A stretch of DNA of 62,581 bases from Rhodothermales bacterium. GTDB lineage: Bacteria > Bacteroidota > Rhodothermia > Rhodothermales > Bin80. The notes under the pieces were generated by a model. That model made no database searches and was not told the DNA's origin. It saw only the letters and a list, made by a program, of their open reading frames with translations. Position 1 is the stretch's first letter. Every line of letters starts with the position of its first letter. The translations under genes and the position numbers were made by a program. Positions 47,101 through 56,500 of this stretch are shown piece after piece. The stretch is taken from contig JAJEFL010000009.1 of NCBI GenBank assembly GCA_022820435.1, positions 1 to 62,581 of the forward strand, read 5' to 3'.

Positions 47101-47176
47101 CTTTGGTCTGGCGCACGGACATGAAGCCGTTCCGGAAGGCATTGGCGTGAATGTGCAGGGGACACTGCAGTATTAG
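35156..47176 (+). CDS. Giant (4006 aa) Calx-beta-repeat surface protein with an autotransporter-like C-terminal beta-barrel
   Basis: A single uninterrupted ORF. An alternative start at M40 (35273) gives MVVGLVLSVLSFAAFDS, which is signal-like. After a ~160-aa unique N-terminus I count about 26 Calx-beta-like modules, with consensus NVTV...FTLNY.LGGTA.EGTDYSI.GSGTV.V.A...SV.IPV.I.DD..DE..ETVILTLT.GTGY..GS...HTLTITDND. These are followed by 3 modules of a second type, then 2 canonical Calx-beta domains (for example VVTVQYTTSEVTAKSGLDYTASRGIVVFDPGATRGVIEITIVDDKISEPSEEF), then ~430 aa of barrel-like sequence. Confidence 0.9.
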   Translation: MVGSIRFYLHVGRVAFFGQPLVGCRQSSKCRLPDFPSVLMVVGLVLSVLSFAAFDSKGSENHHESPSLFVGADHGGAPWEAWGSLGPELLPRNVADLRRTNSRQVPAATDLEQNDTEDQKKTAVPHLEEGVEEHPLSTRRGNFGADLSEHKINSDASGRDIVPLMSGSAEEVITNPRTVPAVITGSRRDATSVNIPVTVFDDRVDESDGDIIQMLAGTSDYTAGFDDEYTLTIMDDDQPEAYFYYEDDTVTEDYGTVYITIDLTEAPLADLDLSYRLGGTATEGDDYDITGGSGTVTVLAGYYSTEIEIEITDDIVDEDDEETLIVTLISGSGYDVGTSSVYTLTIEDNDITPEVEFQSDSYSAPESEGTIDVWIDLSDAASADLTLNYSLGGTADEGTDYSITGSGTVLVDVSEDAYSATIPVQIIDDIADEDDEETVILTLTSGTGYTLGTDLVYTLTIEDDDETPDIEFNYVEFTEDEHVGLVPGIGISSSIDPQADLTVNYDLGGTADEGTDYSITGSGAVTFTAGINYVEIPLEVIDDSEDEDDETVIVTLTGGTGYNVGSQNQFTLTIRDNDVTPEVTFDNDSDNVDEDHGTVNVTVSLSEAATADFTLNYGLSGTAVRGIDYTITGAGTVSVGAGESSVSIPVVVIDDSVGEYDETVVLTLTSGTGYTVGSAKVYTLTIENDDGTPIILPSFTFASVSGSAGEGDGTHNVSVNVSPAPATNLTLNYNLGGSAIENTDYSITGSGTVSVTAGLTSVNIPIVILNDTVEETDENVTLTLVSGTGYSLGSVYEHTLTIVDNDGVPQVAFASVSSSVAEDASTKSVTVTISPVSTTDLTLKYSLGGSATENTDYSITGSGTLTVPANATSADIVAAIVDDAVNERDEDIILTLTPASGYTVGSNDQHTLTITDDDGTPGAAFAANTGSAGEGGGTHSVRVNIDPVSSVELTLNYDLAGTADEGVDYDITGGSGTVTITAGADGVDIPVAIVEDSDDELDETVILTLTGGTGYQIGSPSVYTLTITDNDQPEVSFFYVDETVLEDVGTTRITIDLTDDPPADLDLSYRLGGTATKGDDYDITGGSGTVTVRAGSYSVVIEVDVTDDSIDESDETVIVTLISGSGYDVGTSSVHTLTIEDNDVTPEVEFQGDSHTAAESDGTIDVTIVLSDAASADLTLNYSLGGTADEGTDYRITGSGTVLVDVSEDAYSATIPIEIIDDIADEDDEETVILTLTSGTGYTLGTNLVYTLTIEDDDEIPDIEFDYVEFTEDENVGFVSGISIGASVDAQADLTVNYDLGGTADEGTDYSITGSGAVTLIAGTNYAEIPLEVLDDSEDEDDETVIVTLTGGTGYNVGSQNQFTLIIRDNDVTPEVTFDNDSDNVDEDHGTVDVALSLSEAATSDFTLNYGLGGTAVQGTDYTLSWYPGALSVMTGESSISISVEITDDSVGEDDETVVLTLMDGTGYTVGSAKVHTLTIVNDDVRPAMDFAAASASVGEDAGTHNVTVGLSAAPAASLTLNYSLKGSAVRNADYTSPGTVSVAANATSVNIPVTITDDNLQESDETIILTLTSGTGYSVGSANVYTLTVTDNDKPTVVFAPVSAAVSEDAGTRNVVLNLTPASTTNFTLNYRLGGTAILGTDYSISGAGTFSVPANTSSVRIPVSITDDRVNESSETIILTLTPGAGYNIGAAPEHTLTITDNDTPEVAFALASASVGEGAGQYDVRVNVNPAPVTDLALSYNLTGTAIKGADYSIATSGTVTVVAAAASVDIPIMLIDDSADEINETVILTLTSGAGYDIGSIGVHTLTVTDNDQPAVGFALASGSVDEDVGRHNITVNVRPLPAAGFTFSYRLTGSANEGTDYSIANSGTVAVAANASSVNIPVAITDDRIDENLETVILTLTTGTGYDVSGTSVHTLTITDNDLPAVEFPSASGSVGENAGIHSVTVNINPATAAGFTLYCTYIGTAVHNTDYTGPKIISVPAGATSVEIPVTIIDDSRDESNEVAVLTLTTDLTEYTLGNDYSYRLIITDNDISGVNFASASGRVDEGAGTHNVTVDIDPVSATGFTLSYGLGGTAIEGTDYSITGSGTVFVAANVTSVNIPVDLTDDLDDEDDETLILTLTGSSEYTLGSTSAHTLTITDNDVSEAVFAAASGTVSEAAGTHNVRVNIDPAPVADFTLTYSLGGTAAEGTDYSIAGSGAISVGAGATSVDIPVVLTDDSEEENAETVILTLSNSSEYILGTINEYTLTITDNDLRVPPTVAFASTSANVDEDVGTQNVTVSLGRAVPAGGLAVNYRLGGSATQGIDYTISGAGVISAAAGALSVDIPVVITDDTVKEDEETVILTLMNGTGYDVGSDNVYTLTITDNDETPEVAFSTASASIDEGAGTRNVTVDISPAPAVEFTLNYDLTGDAEEGTDYTISGARTIPVPANAISVNIPIVVTDDSVDENDETIILTLLSSTEYTIGAVSEHTLTITDNDETPEVTFASGSSSVLEDAGTRNVTVNISSAPVADFTLTYDLTGSAVEGTDYSITGGSGTVLFAANEFSVDIPIEIIDDSDDENAETVILSLITTGTEYTVGSISEHTLTITDNDAIPEVTFASTSVSVDEDVGTQNVTINLSSAAPAGGLTLNYSLDGSAVEGTDYSITGSGSVSVAANAISENIPVVIIDDGVDENAETVILTLTSGLGYTVGSTSEHTLTIADNDGLPTAAFASASVSVNEDVGIHNVAVNINLSSAPPADFTLNYRLTGTAEEGTDYSIAGSGTILVAANATSANIPVVITDDSTEEESEIVILTLTSGTGYDLGSADEYTLTIIDNDATPVVAFASSSTSVGEEVGIQNVTVNISPVSGGDFTLNYSLGGAATEGTDYRVAGSGAVSVPANANSVNIPVEIIDDNLVENDETVVLTLISGTGYDVGSVIEYTLTITDNDTPEVTLASISEGVEEDFGTHSITVNLSNTAPAGGFTLNYGLSGTAVQGMDYTSAGTVSVPAGVTSVNIPIVIIDDRVAEDDETVIVTLTNGVGYDVGSLKVHTLTITDNDEAGIQAPVSVSVVEGRTRTFNLSLTSEPPGEVTVMMTTPSGTDLTLTPAVRVFTPGSWNQPQEVTLSAAEDLDFEDDPVLVTLTAIGGGYTGILETVTVTIRDNDAPGIDAPALLIVPEGGSEEFRVALVTVPSGEVSVTFPGFLGDLTATPTRLTFSSGNWSTPQLITLTASEDDDFFPDTETLVLTANGGGYAGITSQVSVTITDDDAAEITAPATVTVGEGETEIFTVVLSSEPSGPVTVTTTGHAGTDLTLDQASLTFTRANWNLPRTVRLTAGEDDADYVEDEVVLTLAASGGDYDGVEHTTRVTITDNDTPVVLLPISIENVAELENTGIFQFPIELSEPADRVVTVQYTTSEVTAKSGLDYTASRGIVVFDPGATRGVIEITIVDDKISEPSEEFLVTLSDPSNAIVAQEVVTGTILDDDGSAILRVEDVLVLEEDGVVQFRVSLSQPQPQPVSAAYQTQDGTAKAGEDYEASSGVVTLPPGTTEAMIAVQLLKDGLDWQEETFTVHLVSSEHAEIGKAVGVATIQESTTVSEGVMEAYAARFVRTASVQVVDALGDRFRLAADGAVCTAAERTEMAQLWYSASSWDPSLGELLAGCRMSQSMPVSGGSFGIWGQGAFRQFNGQGEGALTLRGEVATGIVGVDYRWHRGWMAGVLLAHSQGDGSFEVHRQSGEITSGLTGIYPYVSYARTGWDIWMSTGIGRGSAEVSELKGDLVSRFGALGMRGTLASSGAIGLSYHGDILVTDADIEAHNITAEVYRIRAGLEMTAEITNGIRPYVEANVRQDGGSAETGTGLELGGGVRFSNSVWRMRGEVRTQGLVMHTADGFTEWGISGSLQMGRSFEGLMMRLRPSWGRGQGMSMYRQQTILDAVPIRANMYRTELELGYGIPWKDGSARSVMGVTQLPQGMMYRLGGELRPWERLSFSVFGLAHGHEAVPEGIGVNVQGTLQY
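35650..44302 (+). repeat. Array of about 26 tandem ~321-bp (~107-aa) Calx-beta-like coding repeats
   Basis: I counted module boundaries by the recurring (Y/H)TLTI.D(N/D)D motif in the ORF-track translation. Units are divergent, apart from the segmental duplication reported in the findings. Confidence 0.8.
45903..47176 (+). other. Linker plus autotransporter-like outer-membrane beta-barrel domain of the 4006-aa protein
   Basis: The sequence reads STTVSEGVMEAYAARFVRTAS...GGSFGIWGQGAFRQFNGQGEGALTLRGEVATGIVGVDYRW...GVLLAHSQGDGSF...LTGIYPYVSYAR...IRPYVEANVRQDGG...EWGISGSLQM...GIGVNVQGTLQY. It shows an alternating hydrophobic strand pattern, G/aromatic-rich turns and a terminal aromatic residue. 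Confidence 0.7.
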
Positions 47177-47587
47177 ATGCCAGAGAAAAAACATTCATGC
47201 AACCACCTCGCTGCCGAGTTCTGAACGTATCATTACGAGTATCCTGTTCAATGCGGGTATATGAGTTAATATATCTGTTTCGGACAACTCCGGCACGAAA
47301 GGTCTCCTTGGAACTAAACCGAACAGAGTTCTTATATCCAGGATATTCGCCGGTTCATGTGGCAGGATACGTTTGCGTGTGGGTACAGGCATGTGACGTT
47401 TCCTAGTCTGTTTTGCGTATTTTTGGGGAAATGGGGTAGAATGGAAGACGATACCGAACTTTGTCTGTTTTCTGCGGGGAGTGTATTTTCCCTGCGGGTA
47501 CGAACCTATTCGCCAGTGCTGCGACCCGTGGTGCGGATTGTCTGTTCCCCAGGCTTTCTTTGTCCAAGTTCGAAGTAGTCTACTCTC

Positions 47588-50500
47588 ATGAAGTTTGGGT
47601 TTCGGCTTTCTATCCTGCTTCTGGCCGTCATTGATTCAGAAGGTGTTGGAAACCATCTCGTTCGGGCTTTACTCCACACAGATGGTGTTGCGTTGTCAAC
47701 AATATCCTGGGTCCGTGAAAAAACTGCACCGTACGCAGAATTGACATCTAGGGGCAGTCTGGATTTTGCGGCGGAAGATGACAGCATATCTGTATGGGAA
47801 AGCCTTCAGTCCGACATAGATGAGCAAATTTGGGATGTTCATGTTTCAAAGGGGGAGGAAAGTTTCGGTACTCGAATCGAGATGGAGGATGGGGGTGCGG
47901 AGAATGGGACAGAAGATCTGTTTTTTTCAGTCCGTTCACATTCAGGATCTGGGGCAGGGAAATTGAGGGAATCAGGATGTCGCCCTTCAAACTGCCGACC
48001 TCCAGTTCAGGAGAAAAAACCGACACTTGCCATCAGCAATGTACCGGGCAGGATCAATTCCATGACCACATTTACGGCCACCTTCACTTTCAGTGAGAAT
48101 GTGACCGGCTTTGAGGATAGGGATGTGACGGTCACCGGTGGTTCCAGAGGGAGTATTTCGGGAAGCGGGAGGGGCTACACGCTGCCGGTCACGCCGGATG
48201 GCGAGGCCGGTGTGACGGTGGAGGTGGCGGCGAATTCAGTAATAAACGGCTCCGGCTATACTGGACCGATCTTGGCGATTTCGGCCACGGCGGTCTGGGA
48301 TGTGGCAGTCCCGGCCGTGACGATCTCGGTGCCCGGCAGAATCAATCCCCCGGCTGCCTTCACATTCAGAGAGGCGGTAATGGGCTTTACGGATGCATAC
48401 ATAAGCGTAACCGGCGGCACGAGGGGCGTGCTGAACGGAAATGGATACACCTACACGGTGCATGCGGGTGATATAGGGGGTACGATTTTAATGACTGCGG
48501 ATTCGATTGATGGGGATAAGACGTTCAGGGTGGTTCCGGGTGCAGGCGACCTGTTATCCGGCGTTAGCGGAGGGATACCGAATCAGGTTGCGGTGACCGC
48601 TTATGAGCCGCTGAAAGTAGAATTTGATCTATCTGCAGAGACGGTGTATGAAGGCGAAAGTGTCACCGTGACAGCAAGGTTTTTTAATTCACAGGCTACT
48701 TTACCGGGGGATGTAACGATCCCTTTTCTAATATATGATCAGAATTGGCATTCCGGCAAACCCCCCGTTGTTCGTCCGCAGGCTCCAGAAAAACTTGAAC
48801 TTGTGATCAAGGCGGGGACTATGGAGGACACCGGCACGCTTGAGACGATCATAGATGGAAGCGGGAGAGATGAAGAAGTTAGTGTGGTGTTCGGAACATT
48901 GCCGCCGGAGGTAGAGCGTGCGACGACCAGTGCCAGATTAATCATTAAGGGGAGTAAGCGGACTGTAACATTGTCTGCGACCCCCAATCCGGTATTTGAG
49001 GGTTCACCGGACGGGGTGGCGGTAACCGCTGAACTTTCGTACGCGCATTCACAGGATGTCCGTATTCCGTTGACGTATCGTGACAAGACGACGCCCGGAT
49101 TCTCTTTGACGGCAGAGCCCACGGATTATGAGGATGTCGGTTTTATCACGATTCCCGTAAATGGCACGACCGGGGAGGAAACGATCAAGATCCCTGATGA
49201 GCCCCTTACCCCCCAGGATACCGAGGATGAAACGTTTGCGGTGGCAATTGATGAATCTACGCTCCCGTCAGACTTGATGGCAGGGCTTTCAAAAGAGGTG
49301 GAGATTACCATCGTTGACAAGGACAGGCCACTGGTGTACGCCGCGCCTCTGATCGTTGAAGAGGGCAAAACGGGAGATCTGAAGGTAGCACTCACAGAGC
49401 CGCCCTCTACGACCTTCACGGTAGAGATTGGCGGGTATCAGGGTACGGACTTTGAGGCGACTCCACCGAATCCGCTGACACTGCAGTTTGACGGGACAGA
49501 CTGGGATACTCCGAAATCTGTGACCCTGACGGCAGCGGAAGACGATGATGATTACGAGGATGAAGACGAAGAATTGTTGCTGACGGTCAAGATCGGTAGT
49601 GCGCCCTTTGGTACCGGTGTCAAGGTACCGGTCACCATCAGAGACAACGATAAGGTGGAAGTGAATTTAGAATTGCTTTCGCCTGCAGTTGTGCTTGAAG
49701 GCGAAAGGGTTACACCAATAAATCCTACAGCAAAAATACGTGTAGAGCTCTCAAAGGTGCTATCGCGTGATGTTTCAATTTCATTGTTAAGAACTCAGAA
49801 TCTTCCGACAGCAGGTCAACCCATAGCGCTATGCCCTGTAGTAATCAAAGCGGGAACCAAGCACAGGGATTTATTGGAATTGTATAACGCAGATGAGAAT
49901 GACGATGATGAGCAGTATACCGTCACGCTGGACCCATCTCCGCCTGCACCTACGCATTCCTGTCATGTTTCCTCCTGGCCGGTTGAGGTACTTGAGGGAT
50001 CGGATAACTCGGTCACGTATACGATTCAGGATCGGCCAGTGGTAAAATTAACCGCATCTCCAACAACGGTAAATGAAGGAGACTCGGTGGGGGTCAGACT
50101 GGAACTTTCGTATGCATTAGGGCAAGATGTGAGGATTAAAGTCAATGCGGTACCAAGGACGGATCCTGCATATGCTACTACGTCATGGGATGATTTTGAA
50201 AAACTGTGGGATGGGACCGGGATTCTGATCCCCAAAGGAACAACAATCGGCAGAGATACGGTTGCTATCAGGGCAGATTTTGAGGTCGAATCAGATGAGG
50301 TCTTTAATCTGGGGTATCCGTCCAGTTTGTTGCCGGAGGCGGTGCGGCAAGGTGAGTCAAGAAAAATCTCGCTTCCCGGTACTCCCTGTGACGACCTTAC
50401 CTGTGCCACTATAATCAAAGATGTTCAGGTAGAGCAGGTTATAACCTTATCGGCATCCCCGAATCCGGTTTTTGAGGGAAATTCCACAACGCTGACCGTA

Positions 50501-53500
50501 ACGCTGGCAAAACCGTTGACCGCGGACCAGTATGGAATTAGAGGACTCCAAATCCTTAGTGACGACAAGAATTCCCAGGCCGACAAAAATGACTTTACTT
50601 TACCCTATCTGGATGAACAACTTCGCATCTGGAATGCCTGGTGGTTTTTCCTTGATGAGGGTGAAACCAGAAAGGATGTCGTAATTGAAATAGAAGATGA
50701 TGGTCTGGATGAAGGTGACGAGAACTTAATCTGGGATATTGTAGGTTATGCATCAGGAAATATGGAAGCGAATCTGGCTTGTAATAATAATCCCGATTCC
50801 GTCTGCGAGATCACCATTAAAATCAGGGATCCTGCGGAAATTGTAGCGAATCCGTCAGATTTCAGGATGACGGAGGGAGGCAGTGCGACCTTTGAGGTGT
50901 CGCTAAATACGGCACCGAGTGCGGATGTGACGGTGACGATCAGTGATGACGGAGACAGTGACCTTAGCTGGGCAGGCACTGCTATGCTGACGGATGGCAA
51001 TAAACTGACGTTTACGCCAGCGGATTACAGTACTCCACAGCTGGTGAGTTTAACGGCGGGCGAGGATGACAGTGATATTGCCAACGACACGGAGACCTTA
51101 ACCTTGACAGCATCTGGTGCACCGGAATACACCGGCGTATCTGCCGAGGTAGAGGTAACGATTATAGATAATGATCGTGGTATCACGGTCATGCCTTCTG
51201 TGGTGACGATAGATGAGGGAGCGACGGTCAGGGATGCATTTAAGGTATCACTCACGGCTGCCCCGACGGGGGAGGTGAAGGTCACCCTCGGCGATGATGG
51301 GGACAGTGATGTCAGTTGGTCAGGCACTGCTGGGCTGACGGATGGTAATAAGCTGACGTTTACGCCGACGGATTACAGTACTCCACAGCCGGTGAGTTTA
51401 ACGGCGGCGGAGGATGATGATTACGTGAATGATGTGGAGTTCTTGGCTCTTGTTGCCTTTGGCGCGGAATATGAAGGAAATTATGCGAAGTCGATGCAGG
51501 TGACGATCATCGATAATGACGATGCAGAGATCATAGCAACCCCGCCGGATGTTCCGGTAATGGAGGGAGGTACTGCGACCTTTAGTGTGTCACTTAGCGT
51601 TAAGCCATCCGGAAATGTCACGGTAGCCGTGAGTGGTCACACAGGTACGGATCTGGCAACTACCCCCCCGGATCCGCTGACTGTGACCTTCACATCTGCG
51701 AATTACGGTACGCCACAGGATGTAACCATCACCGCGGATGAAGATCCAGACATTTGGGATGATCCAGTGACACTAACCTTAACGGGTTCGAGTAGTGATA
51801 CGGAATATGACGGATTGACCACGAATGTAGCGGTGACGATTGAGGATAATGATGCTGGAACGATCATGGCTGCCCCGTCGGATGTTCTGGTGACAGAGGG
51901 AGGTACTGCGACCTTTAAGGTGTCGTTGAGTGCTGCGCCATCTCAAAATGTGACGGTAGCCGTGAGTGGTCACACAGGTACGGATCTGGCAGGTACCCCT
52001 CCGGATCCGCCGAGTCTGACCTTTACGCCTGTGGATTACAATACGCCACAGGATGTAACCATCACCGCGGATGAAGATTCAGACATTCTGGATGATTCAG
52101 TACCACTGACCTTGATGGGTTCTAATGCAGAATATGATGGACTGACGGCCGAGGTAACGGTAATGATTGATGATGATGATATAGGCTCAATCCGGGCTCC
52201 ATTTTTATTGACTATGAACGAAGGAGAAACGTCAAATTCGTTGCTAGATGTCTCATTGAGTGATGCACCTTCAGGGGAGGTAACGGTGACGGTCACCGGA
52301 CATGAAGGGACGGATTTGGAAGGGGCTACTCCCGACTCACCCGACCCGGTGACGTTGATATTTACGCAGACAAACTACAGTATTCCACAGCCGGTGAGTT
52401 TAACGGCGAAGGAGGATGATGATTCGCTGGATGATACGGTGAATCTGCTCTTGAAGGCCACAGGTGCGGAATACAGCGGGTTGACCAAGCGATCCCAGAT
52501 ACGGATTTCGGATAATGACGATGCAAAGATCATCGCAACCCCGCCGGAGGTCAGGATTAAGGAGGGAGGGACTGCGACCTTTGATGTAACACTGAGTGCT
52601 GCGCCGTCTCAAGATGTGACGGTAGAGTTGCATGGGTATAAGAAAACAGTACTAGAAACTACGCCCCCTGATCCGCTGCACCTAACATTTACTCCTGCGA
52701 ACTACGGAATGCGGCAGACGATAACATTGAGCGCAGGTCATGATTTAAATGATTTTGATGAATACACGATTTTGACACTACGTGCCTCTGGGGCGGAATA
52801 TAATAATGCAAAAACAAAATTGCCTGTGTCCATTGATGATGACGAGGTCTGGGAACTCACGATCAAGGAAGGAGGGATGAAATTCTTAGCTTCGAGATTT
52901 ACAAGTAAGCCAAGATCAAATATAGTGCAGAAAATTACCGGCCACGCAGGTACAGATCTGGATGTTCATCCTTCGACATGGACAGTTACGCCCCAGAATT
53001 ACAATACGCCATGGCAGAAGACGTTTACCGCGGGTGAGGATCCAGATATTTGGGATGATGAAGTGATGTTGGTCTGGGAGGATTTTGGCCGAGGTTTCAA
53101 GTATGACATGAATATGCGGTTCACCATTGAGGATAACGATGATGGAAAAATTATCGCGAGCCCGTCGGGTGTTCCGGTGACGGAGGGCAGTACTGCGACC
53201 TTTGAGGTGTCGCTAAGTCACGCACCATCTCAGAAGGTCACGGTAACGGTAAGTGGCCACACAGGTACGGATTTGGCAGGTACACCCCCGGATCCGCTGA
53301 GTCTGACCTTTAGGCCCGATAATTACGATGAGCCGCAGCCTGTCACCATCACCGCGGATGAGGATCCAGACATTACGAATGATACAGCGACTCTGATTTT
53401 AACGGGTTCGGATGCGGAATATGACGGGTTAACCACCAATGTAGTGGTCACGATTGAGGATAAAGATGCCGGAATGATCATCGCTGCCCCGTCAGATGTT

Positions 53501-56500
53501 AAGATAATGGAGGGAGGTACTGCGACCTTTGATGTGTCACTCAGTGTTAAGCCAACAGCAAACGTGACCGTAGCCGTAAGTGGTCACGCAGGCACGGATC
53601 TGGCAGGTACCCCCCCGGATCCGTTGAATCTGACCTTTACACCTTTAAATTACGATAAGCCGCAGTCCGTGACCTTAACGGCAGGCGAAGATCAAGATAT
53701 TTATGACCGGTTTGAGTGGTTACACTTAGATGCCTCTGATGCGGAATACGATGATGTTCAGGCATTGGTCGGGGTACTCATTGATGATAACGATGCCGGA
53801 CAAATCACGATGAATGAAGGGAGTTCGGCAGAGGCCTTTGTTCTATCCCTGCCTGATGAACCGACATCAAGCGTGACGGCGATGATTACCGGATATGCAG
53901 GTACAGATCTGGCGACGAACCCGCCGGATCCGCAGACGATAGTATTTACACCTCAGAATTACAGTACGGGGGAGACCGTGACTTTGACTGCGGACGAGGA
54001 TCCGGATATATGGGATGATCTGGTGATGTTGGTCACAGAGTTTTCCGGCGGAGGCTATGGCGGGCAGGACATAAAACTCCAGGTCACGATTCGGGATAAC
54101 GATGATGGAAAGATTATCGCTATCCCGTCGGATGTTCCGGTGACGGAGGGAGGTACTGCGACCTTTAATGTAACACTGAGTCACGCGCCATCTCAAAATG
54201 TGACGGTAGCAGTGGGCGGTTACGAAGGAACAGATCTGGCGGGTACGCCTCCAGATCCGCCAAGTCTGACCTTTAGGCCTGATAATTACAGTACGTCGCA
54301 GCAGATCACCATCACCGCGGATGAGGATCCAGACATTACAAATGATCTGGCGACACTGACCTTAACGGGTTCGAATGTGGAATATGACGGATTAACCACG
54401 AATGTAGCGGTGACGATTGAAGATAATGACAGCGGAACGATCATCGCGAACCCGTCAACTGTCAAGATAAGGGAGGGAGCCGCTGCGGCCCTTGAAGTGT
54501 CGCTGAGTGCTGCGCCATCTCAAAATGTGACCGTAGCCGTAAGTGGTCACACAGGCACGGATCTGGCCGGTACCCCTCCGGATCCGCTAAATCTGACCTT
54601 TAGGCCTGATAATTACGCTGATCCGCAGTTGGTGACCTTGACGGCAGATGAGGATCCAGATATTCTAGATCAATTTGAGTGGTTGTACTTAGATGCATCT
54701 AATGCGGAATATGACGGTGTACAGACATTGGTCGGGGTACTCATTGATGATAACGATGTATGGGAAATCACGATGAACGAGGGAAGTTCGGTCGAGGCCT
54801 TTGGTCTAGCTCTGCCTGATGAACCGACATCAAATGTGACAGTGACGATTACCGGATATGCAGGTACAGATCTGGCGACTATCCCACCAGATCCGCGGAT
54901 GATAATATTTACGACACAGAATTACAGTACGGTGAGGCCCGTGACTTTGACCGCGGATGAGGATCAAGATATATGGGATGATGTAGTGATGTTGACTGCA
55001 GAGTTTTCTGGCGGAGATTATGGCGAGCAGGATATGAAACTTCAGGTTACGATTCGGGATAACGATGGTGGAAAGATTATCGCGACCCCGCCGGATGTTC
55101 CGGTGACGGAGGGAGGTACTGCGACCTTTGATGTGACACTGAGTGCAGCGCCATCCGAAAATGTGACGGTGACGGTGAGTAGTCATGGAGGTACGGATTT
55201 GGCAGGTACCCCACCGCATCCGCTGAGTCTGACCTTTAGGCCTGATAATTATAATACGCCGCGGCAGATCACCATCACCGCAGATGAGGATCAAGATATT
55301 ATTGATGATAAGGAAATACTGATCTTAGAGGCTTCCGGCGCAGAATATGAGGGGTTGAGTGAGGAGGTACGGGTGACAATTAAGGATAATGACGATGGGG
55401 GCATTATCGCAACCCCGTACGCGGTCACGATGACGGAGGGAGCCACGGAAACCTTTGATGTGACACTTGGTGCCGCGCCGTCGGCAAATGTGACGGTGAA
55501 GATTAGTGGTTATTCAGGTACGGATCTAGCAGGTATCCCGCCTGATCCGCCGGAGTTGACGTTTACGCCGACAGATTACGGTAAGGCGCAGACGGTAACC
55601 TTGACCGCCGGGGAGGATGCGGATGTTACAAATGATATGGAGACGTTGCGCCTAACGGCTTCGGGGGCCGAATATACCGGGGCCGTCACCGATGTAAAAG
55701 TGTCCATTATCGATAAGGATCAAGCAGGGATTGTAGCAAATCCGTCCGTAGTCCCTATTGCAGAGGGAACTTCGGCTACGTTTGATGTAACCTTGAGTGC
55801 CGTGCCTTCGGCGGATGTGACCGTGGCCATCACTGGATACACGGGAACGGATTTAGCCCCGATACCACCTAATCCAGACAGGTTGATGTTTACGAAGACA
55901 GATTACGGTAAGGCGCAGACGGTGACCTTGACTGCAGGGACGGATCTAGATATTATTGATGAAACAGAAACATTGTTACTAACGGCATCTGGAGCGGGAT
56001 ATACTGGCGTGGAAACGAAGGTAACGGTGACGATTAATGATAAGGATGCAGGTTCAATTATTGCTCCAGCTGCGTTGACGATTACAGAGGGGAGTACGGG
56101 GACCTTTAAGCTGTCGCTAAGCAACGCGCCTTCGGAGGATATCACCGTGGCCGTCACTGGATACATGGGAACGGATTTAGCCGGGATACCACCTAGTCCA
56201 AACAAGTTGACGTTTACGAAGACGAACTATGGTGATGTACAGACAGTGACCTTGACCGCAGGGGGGGATCCAGATATTCTGGATGATGCTGAGGCATTGA
56301 TACTGACAGCGTCTGGAGCGGAGTATGCTGGCATGAAAAAGAAGATAGCGGTGACGATTAAGGATAAGGATGCGGGTTCAATCATTGTGCCAGCTGCGTT
56401 AACAATAACAGAGGGGAGTACGGGGAACTTTGATGTGTGGTTAAGTAATGCGCCTTCGGAGAATGTGACCGTGTTGGTTAGCGGGCATGCAGGCACCGGT

